DNA of 64,000 bases from Octopus vulgaris (lineage: Eukaryota). The notes under the pieces were generated by a model, which was given only the letters and a program-made list of their open reading frames with translations, made no database searches and was not told where the DNA came from. How positions within the stretch are numbered: the stretch's first letter is position 1; each line of letters starts with the position of its first letter. Positions 55,165-64,000 of this stretch are shown here, piece after piece. The translations under genes and the position numbers were made by a program. The stretch spans positions 146,692,001 through 146,756,000 of the forward strand of contig OX597816.1 of the NCBI GenBank assembly GCA_951406725.2, written 5' to 3'.

Positions 55165-55514
55165 CCTTTCTACTCTAGGCACAAAGCCTGAAATTTTGTG
55201 GGAGGGAGACAGTCGATTAGATCGATTCCAGTACCCAACTGGTATTAAATTTATCAACCCCGAATGGATGAACGGCAAAGTCGACCTCGGCGGAATTTGA
55301 ACTCAGAACGTAAAGAGAGACGAAATACCTGTTTCTTTACTACCCACAAGGGGCTAAACATAGAGAGGACAAACAAGGACAGACAAACGGATTAAGTCGA
55401 TTATATCGACCCCAGTGCGTAACGTGTACTTATTTAATCGAGAACGTAACGGCAGACGAAATACGGCTACGCCTTTCGCCCGGCGTGCTAACGTTTCTGC
55501 CAGCTCGCCGCCTT
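55165..55514 (-). mobile_element. Dimeric SINE family B with internal deletion in the first monomer
   Basis: Head ggcggcgagctggcagaaacgttagcacgccggg; second monomer starts gtatttcgtc..ttacgttctgagttcaaattccgccgagg. Confidence 0.85.
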
Positions 55515-57420
55515 ATATGTACATATAAATAATGATATATCTATGTATGAATGAATGACATATTACCTCTCTAAGGAAATACCCCGCTTTTATGACGCAT
55601 TTGTGTGAACAGTGTATAATTAGCAAAAGAACTGATTAAAACGAAAGATTTATTCAATAATGCTATCCCTATTTCACTCGTACAGAAATATAGATACAAA
55701 TATAGTTTACTGCATGTGCGTTTGCGCGTGTCTGTATAACGCTCCATACACTGTCAGTATGTATGGGGTATTATTTTCAGTTTATTTTCATTCAACAATG
55801 AAGTATATTTTTTAACAGATCATCAATTCGGAACAGAAGTTATTATCAAAGTTCAATTTACGTGAATGTAAAACATGATCTAAATAATAAATATTTCGAT
55901 AACGTTTGAAGAAAGAGAAGTAAATATGTCGTTACTATATTATTTTGATTTTTTTTTGGCCTGTTCCCGCCTCCAGTAACGAAATATTAAACATATATTG
56001 AATACCCCTTAAACAAATATTTTTTCTACTCTTTTACAGCTAAAATAAATTTTCTATCGGTAATCGTAATGTTCGTGACATTTGTATTTCTTTGTGAAAC
56101 CATATACATAAATGAAGATACAGGTCTTGACTCTGCACGATTTCTATTGTCCTGTGTATTTCTTCTTTCTATTTGTTCAATATAAAGAATAAGAAACAAC
56201 ATGTTGCTATCGACTTCTTTCATTTCATCGAAGGACGCTTAAATAAACGAAACAAGTTGCTTCTATTTCTATAAATGAACAAAATAATAGATAGTTTGGA
56301 GGTTGCTAAGCAATAGTTCATCCAACATTAACATTAACACTAGCATACATTTACTCTTTCGATGGTTTATCCAGGAAGAATTTCATATAATTATGGTTGC
56401 TAAAAGTGATATTTCTCCTATAAAGGATTGAAGCTTCGAAAGAAATCTTATTTTATGACTACTGTGTCAATATTTCAGTTCCATTCAATCAGAAATAATC
56501 GCCCATGCAAAATGAATGATAATCCTCCAATAGTTTTTACTCTAAACTATAAGATTTTTTTTCTGGGCGAAGAGACTACAATTAGTTTGAATATATTTCT
56601 CAGTTTGCGACTAATGTCTTTATCAACGTTAAACAGAATAGTTTATTTCCTTGATTAATAAACCAAAATAGACGAAAAAGTATTCTGTACCACACTAAAT
56701 ATTGTTAGCGAATTTCCCCCATTTCTCCAGAAAAGCACAAACAAATACGATGTACATTAGGACGATGGTAAATAACTGTTTCAAGGTAGTCGTACATCGC
56801 TTTCAGATGTCAAAATCTCAAATTTCATAATACGTCACAATTTTAACTAACATTAGAACCAAAATGGTATCTTAATAATATTTTATGATGGTGTTTGTAT
56901 TTCTAACTTAATTCTACAAATTATAAATTTACTTTTATCTATTTTCTATATTATGTTAGGTGTGAGAAAATAAATCGATATTCTTGTTTATCTTTTTCTT
57001 AATTCCGTCGATTTTCATTCATTTTTTATTATTTTTCATACCATGTTTTTCTTCTTTTTTTCGAGTATTCATAATTGAGAATATGAGGGCTGGCATCACA
57101 ATTTACACCTCACCTGGCTATCTGTGACCACCACAACTGTATATGTAACTGTGCTCCTCTTCTCTGTCTATGCCTTCATGTGTGTACTGTTTTGCGAATG
57201 AATAGTTTTATTGAAACACTTTCTAATACGCTCACTAGTTAAAAAATAGCATTCTCTCCTACATTTGTACATTATACAGGGCATTGCTTTTGTTGCAAAT
57301 TCCCACTTTATCGCTAAAATTTTCTCTCAACCTCAACCTCTGAACTTCTCAGTAGTATTAAGATATTTCTTAGTTCACCAGCATTTATCTCGTTGCAAAG
57401 TCATATCTGTCTACCTATCT

Positions 57421-57455
57421 GTCCCTGAAGAAGAACTACCACGAAACGTAGCAAA
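57421..57455 (+). ncRNA. Decayed hammerhead-like motif
   Basis: CTGAAGA(57425-57431)-11 nt-GAAA-CG-TA with correct spacing, but stems I and II no longer pair. Confidence 0.35.
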
Positions 57456-58333
57456 TTACTCTCCCAATTTTATTGGAACGTAGAAACATTTAACTTTACC
57501 TACTACGCAACCCACTAATATATGTGTTTGTGTATGTACGCCTGCGCGTGTATATTTGCCTATGTGTGTTAATGCGTGTGTGTGTGGAGAGCGAGAGGGA
57601 GAGGAGGAGGGAGGGAGAAAAAGAGAGAGAATTTTATTCACGTTACTGCTTTCATCCTGCTGCACTATTATATTTTCTTCTGCTCTTATATTGATGTATA
57701 CTTCCGCAAGATTTGATCAGCATATCTACATTATATAAACAATTGAAGTATAGCACTATATTCGGTTTTCAATAAACGAATGGTGAATGAAATGCAACTA
57801 CATTGAAATCGGTACCCTGTGTTAGGCTGGTATATTTCTGAAGAATATGCATTGTATAAGTTGTATAGAATCTTTGCGTAATACTTCGAATAGGCATGTA
57901 TTGTGGGAATGTTTGTAAAGAAGATTATAGATACATAGATTTGCTATAAGCATTTGTATATTTTCTTTTGTATGTTTTGTTTTGTTTCTTTATTGTCTCT
58001 CAATTGACATACCGGACGCGTAGCCAAATCCATTAATGTATATCTGAAAAAAATATAAATTTGAAATATTTATAGAGATTCGAGTATAGCCTGCCTGCGT
58101 CACACAAGCATAGAAGCATCAATGCTTAATTCATATTTACCTGTACATAACGTTGCATTAAAGGAGTGAAGGAGACTGCATAGAATGAATATATGACAAT
58201 AATTTCAATACAAAATTATAGCTTCAGGTCACTTTTTGGAAGCTATATATCATTGCGCAAACGTATAATCCAATGTTACTATTTTTTTCATTGTCATATT
58301 TTCACACTATAATTAAGTTATCTGGCTATGTTT

Positions 58334-58373
<40 letters not shown>

Positions 58374-58409
58374 CTACCTCTCTATCCTACTCTCTCTCTC
58401 TCTCTCACT

Positions 58410-58447
<38 letters not shown>

Positions 58448-58499
58448 AGTGTATGTATCTATGTGTCTGTTTACATATATATGTATATGTGTGTGTATT

Positions 58500-58549
<50 letters not shown>

Positions 58550-58560
58550 CATATATACAT

Positions 58561-58596
<36 letters not shown>

Positions 58597-60075
58597 GCGT
58601 TTCTATTTTTACGTACACAGACACATATGCATATACATATGCGAGTACGCAGGTGTGTATGTGCCGTTGTGTGATATATATTGCGAACATATTTTTAGAC
58701 AGTCCCAGCCTAAAATTACGGTCTGTATGCAAGGTAGTTCATTACGTATTAAACACATACTCCTCCGCATAAGCTCACATTCTTAGATTATTCTGATGTA
58801 GAGCAGAGCCAATGTCTTCTCCTGTCAGTGATTTCCACAGTTTTAAATGATCATATATTAGGATTGCTACGTTTTATTCAATGTAGTAGTATCACGAATG
58901 ATACTAATCTAACGAAATTGTTCGTAAGTTACAAACTGAACATAAACTCAAGTGCATTTTTCGATGCCATCATCAAGTATGTTGCGCATTTAGTGCATAT
59001 AACATTCATTGACTCAGTTGTGTAAGAGAACTGAAAATGGAAGAAACAAAAATATTCCTAAATCGTGTAAGTACAACTTTGTATTTAACTTTGTATTTAA
59101 CTTACACTTTTTCAACCACTGAGCATACAGGAATCCATGGCGCAATTAATTTTCACATCATTGCAATAGATAAACTGAAAGATACCAAATAAACGATACC
59201 TGGCTTTGCTATCCGTTTATTTTCCAATGAAATCCAGAGAGGAATGATTCATTATAATCGATATGATGAAGTACCTCTCGAAGGATGAAATATATGTTTA
59301 TAATAAAGGAAAGTTATTATTTAATTTCACTTTGAAAAAAAAAATTAATAGTGAAATCCTAATCCATATAAAATTGCTATGCAATTAAGAACTTTAGTGT
59401 ACAATTTCTCATTAGTTTACATTATTTTGTAATGATGCATCTTTAACAGAAACTTTGATATACCGTCTATTGATATGTTCAATGTCAGTTCAGGTAGTTG
59501 TCCCACGAAGTACATCATTAATTTATAAGTATAACATGTAAAAATGAAGTAAACACGAAGTAAAGCAATATGTTTAGTGTAAAACAGAAAACATAAAGAA
59601 TGACACGAAGTGCAAATATTTTCCTTAAATCCTACACAAATAAATTAGAAGTGGACAATGTAAATATTATAACGTGAATGAAGCAATTCAAGTTATTCTT
59701 CCAGAAAGATAATAAAACATTTACGATTGTTCTCCTAGTTATCATTAACAATGTTTGTTTACATGAATCTATTGGATATTTGACGTCAATATAAACATTG
59801 CCATTTACAGTTTTTCATAGAATATGTCTGCTTTAGTTTGGAGTATTTGATCAAAATCGAGATGGGCCAACCTCTGAAATCGTATTGTATTGAAAAGGAA
59901 AACAAGTGGCAAGGAAGAGATATCAAAAATTAATGCAGAAACCTGAGTTCAGAGGTTAAATTGCACTAATGCTTCACGGTATATTTTTTATATATCACTC
60001 AGCTCCCTACCCCCATATCTATATGTGTGTGTGTGTGTGTGAGTGTGCATGTATGTATGTATGTATGTATGTATA

Positions 60076-60121
<46 letters not shown>

Positions 60122-60179
60122 TACATACATACATCCAAACGTTTATATATATATATATATACCTATATATATATATACC

Positions 60180-60214
<35 letters not shown>

Positions 60215-60639
60215 TATTCAATTATGAAAACACTAAATATAAAATAATATTATTGATCAATCCTACCATCCAAATGTCATGCAATATCGATTAATTCTAT
60301 TTATAGATATGCACTAAGTATTTTATACACGCCAAAAAGTTCGTTGCTAAAGAATAAGAAAAGGATAAACGTATCAGCAGTGAAAGTTATTTTGTTCAAT
60401 GACAAATCTATGTGCCTAAGAACCTATGAACTTGTCGCAGATCATCAATGTGGTGCTTCTTCAAATTTGATCGAGATCTAGCTCTGTCAATGTACAACGG
60501 AAATCAAAAAGTATCCATAATTTCGCCAAAACCTCCGTAATGTAGGCTCACCTGCAGCGCTCGCGTGCTAAAAGGTCGTACTCTTGTGGTTACATAATCG
60601 AAGTTGACATTGATCTCTTCATCTTTCTTTCATGTCTTA

Positions 60640-61700
60640 ATGAGTAAACGTTACCAATCCGATAGCAAAATGCACTAAGGATTGTTTTGGTCTAAATGTG
60701 TGTCAAGGGTTGAAATTCATCATAAGCTTTAAGTATTCTACGGAGACTACGCTATCCCACTTAGAATATGTACAAACGGTTTAAGAAGTTTGAAAATGCC
60801 GGATAAATGTGAATCCCGATGCAGGGCAGCTCTACATCAACATGCATCACTGACGTAAAGATTTGACAAGCTCGAGAAATGGCTATGGCAAGCTAACGAT
60901 TGAAAATCAATCAGTTAGATGTTCTCTGAAAATTAGTAATGTTTGTGTATAACAAATCATCGACGACAAGGTTCGCAACCGTAAAGTTTGAGCGAGATGA
61001 GTGCAAAGAAATCTTATCGAAGCGCATAAGTGCAATCGTGTTGAGATATGTCAACGCTTACTCAACCGACACAATGATGAAGGCGAAGCTTTTTATAAGA
61101 GAGTAGTCACAACAGATGGGATCTGAATCCATCACTTTGAGCCAGAATCCAAAGCATAGTATATAGATTGGAAATAGCCGGAATCGTTAGCGAAAAAGAA
61201 ACTCAAAGCTTAATGTTCCTCAGACAAAGTGATATTAAACATTTAGGGACAGCAAAAATGATTTATACTGGCACATTACTTGGAAAAGGGCCCTACATTT
61301 ACCAGGGTAGGCTGTAGTAAAATGCTAGCCAAAGAAACTAAAAACATCAATTCGCATTAAGCGCCGAGGACTAAGGTCGATGCAAGTACTATAGTTTCAC
61401 AACATTGCCCACGCAGATACGGTCGCCCACATCGTTGAAACCATGGAAAGAATGTGTTTTGAGCTGTTGAAACACATTGAATACAGTCCAGATCTGACAA
61501 TCATCTTTTCGAACCACTCATAACATCCTTTACGTGGTCTTCGATTTACTACGGACGTAGAAGCGCTGGAAATGGTGCATAATTGGCTGCGGGAACAGCC
61601 GAAATCCTTGTTTTCCCATGGAATAATTCAGCTTTGGAGCGCTGAAAGTTGTACTTTGTAAAGATAGGTGGCTATGTCACTGATTTCCATTTAATAAATT
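60640..61700 (+). mobile_element. Decayed mariner transposase pseudogene
   Basis: Fragments RVVTTDGI*IHHFEPESK, HYLEKGPTFT, FELLKHIEYSPDL, LRGLRF, VHNWLREQPKSLFSHGI; many stops and frameshifts. Confidence 0.85.
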
Positions 61701-62029
61701 ACAGAATGAGTGTGTATAATATCTGCCTTACGCTTGTGCATACATCTTTACATACCTACATATATACATACATACATGCATAATACATATATAATACATA
61801 ATTGCATACATACATATGTACGTACATACATACATACATACATGCATACATACATACATACATACATATATACATACATACATACATATATACATACATA
61901 TATACACCCCTTGTCATTCATATTAAGGAAGTCTGGAGGATATCTCGCTGGTTCACAAGGAAACAGAAATACCAAAATTACACACTTTCTTTGTAAATGG
62001 CTCATAACGTTATGTAAAGTATATGCATG

Positions 62030-63660
62030 AGATGAAAAAGAGCCTTGACCTAGTTACAACATTCTCAAAGTATGTAGAGTTGGAGTTTGGTCAGGATAAA
62101 TGGCGTTATATGGTTGTGAAAAGAGGAAAACTATAAACCAGACTAGTTACACCTTCATCGATGATTTGGTTGCTTCCCCTGTATCTGACGAGGGCGGATG
62201 AAAATATATCTTACAATGGCAACTGTAGCAAAACACCTGTCACTAAAGAATATTACAGACGAATAAAGAAAATTTGGATCTTAGATCTCTCTGCATTCAA
62301 TAAAACAGTGGCCCACAATGTGCTTTCAATGTCAGTACTCATAGCAACATTTGGGCTGCTTGATTGCACGCTTGATGAAATCCGAGCCATTGATGTGAAA
62401 ACCCGAAAAATACTACCAAGCACACATAATTTCCACAGTGACGCAGACCAAGCACACGTAATAAACAATAAACAGTGACGTAGATCGCTTCTGCCTAAAA
62501 CGTGAAAAAGACGGCAGCAGCTTAACATCATTCCAAATTGCCTTTGAATGTCGTATCATATCCTTTCGGCAACATCTTTTAATCACCAAACGTCGAAGTG
62601 CATCCTTTGCCCAAATAAGTCCCACGACACTACTGCAATATATCAGTCGATGAAAGGATGATCCTATATGAGCAGAAGTCTATGCATGGATATGTTAGTA
62701 GAAACATATTAACATCCATCATCAAAACAGTTTATCATGTACCAATAGGCGGATTACTAACTCTTACTTTCAACGGTATGCATTTCAACCAAGTAGCTGA
62801 TGCACAAAAGGGACAGAGATGCAGGAACATCAGTAAAATGTGACAACCGATGCAGACTTAGTGAAGTTTACAATGAAGATATAACCAACATCATAAGCAG
62901 TTGTCCGAAAATGTTATGACGGTATTATCTGCCGATGAGACATGACGTTGCAGCTAGGAACTCTGTAATGGAATCTGTCGGAAAGTTAAGTCTGTGGACA
63001 AAGAAATAAAAATCGACAATATGGTAGAAGCCATAACCACTCATAATAAAAAGGAGTACTGGTGAAATGTATCAATGAAGACCTCAATAAAAGGTAAGCA
63101 CAACATACTTGATATAATGATTTGGGATAGAGAACAGAAACTGTGCATAGTTGTGGGAATTAGCTGCCCAGCAGATGTTAGTATAAAGCTGAAGGTCAGT
63201 GAAAAAGAGAACACCTATGCTGAACTGTGAGAAATGTGCAGTTACTCTATCCAGATTACAAGTTCAGGTTTATACCTGTATTTATTGGGGTCCTGGGATA
63301 TGTAAGAAACTGCCTAAATATCAATCTTGAGAAATTAGGCTTCTCAAAACCATAAAAGAGAAAGCTAATTCGGAGACTGCAGATCCAATCCATAACTGGA
63401 ACTGTAAAAATCTGTAAAACATTCCAGAATTTTATCATTTAAATATATATGAACATGTCTAGATATGTAACTATATGCATGAGAATACATACATAAAACA
63501 TACAAACCTGCACAAACATACATACATACACACATTCATACATACAAAAGTACCCCGTTGTTCATGTTGAAATTCCAACGAGGGAACATTTGATCGAGGT
63601 TAGAAACCCGTTCTTTCTCTATTGTTAAAAAAATATTGAAATAAACTAAATAATGACATA
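62030..63660 (+). mobile_element. Decayed R4/Dong-like non-LTR retrotransposon (RLE endonuclease)
   Basis: LDLVTTFSKYVELEFGQDK, EYYRRIKKIW, HIISSCPKML..YLPMRHDVAA-like zinc-knuckle/RHD region, DIMIWDREQKLCIVVGISCPADV; 3' UTR matches 49343-49450. Confidence 0.88.
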
Positions 63661-64000
63661 GAGATCCAATCCATCACAGGAGCTGTAAAGTCTAGTTTAT
63701 CATTTAAATATCTATGAGCATGAAAATGCATACATGAAGCAAAACATAAAAATCTGCACATATAAATACATAAATATATACATACATACATACATACATA
63801 CATACATGCATAGATATATACGTGCATACATACGTATAACTGATGAATAAGAGAAAATAGAGTGAACGACGTTCTTTATTTTACATTAATACAATTGTTC
63901 CCACACTTCGTCATGCCTGCAGTACATTGATGAGATGATATACTTATCGTATTGCGTATCGTTACCATCCATCAAAGATGTAAAATGTGTTTCTTCAGTT

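Overview
AT-rich, microsatellite-dense animal genomic DNA. The repeat repertoire looks like a coleoid cephalopod (probably Octopus); this is an inference from repeat style, not a database match. I found no supportable host exon, and nearly all ORF-track entries are translations of (TA)n, (CA)n or (TACA)n. Recognisable content: two 5'-truncated CR1/L2-group LINEs (9252-12198 +, 44187-46358 -), three decayed R4/Dong-like RLE LINEs, two dead mariners, and many tRNA-derived SINEs. The main signal is a set of short non-coding elements, mostly sitting in (TA)n tracts, that carry minimal type I hammerhead ribozymes of the Penelope-like/retrozyme kind. There are about 8 such motifs from several unrelated families, typically 50-110 nt from the element 3' end (about 180 nt in one). 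Two are associated with long inverted duplications. One element shares the 3' terminus of a hammerhead family but has, at the equivalent position, a motif resembling a pistol ribozyme (17810-17892). All folds were made by eye.
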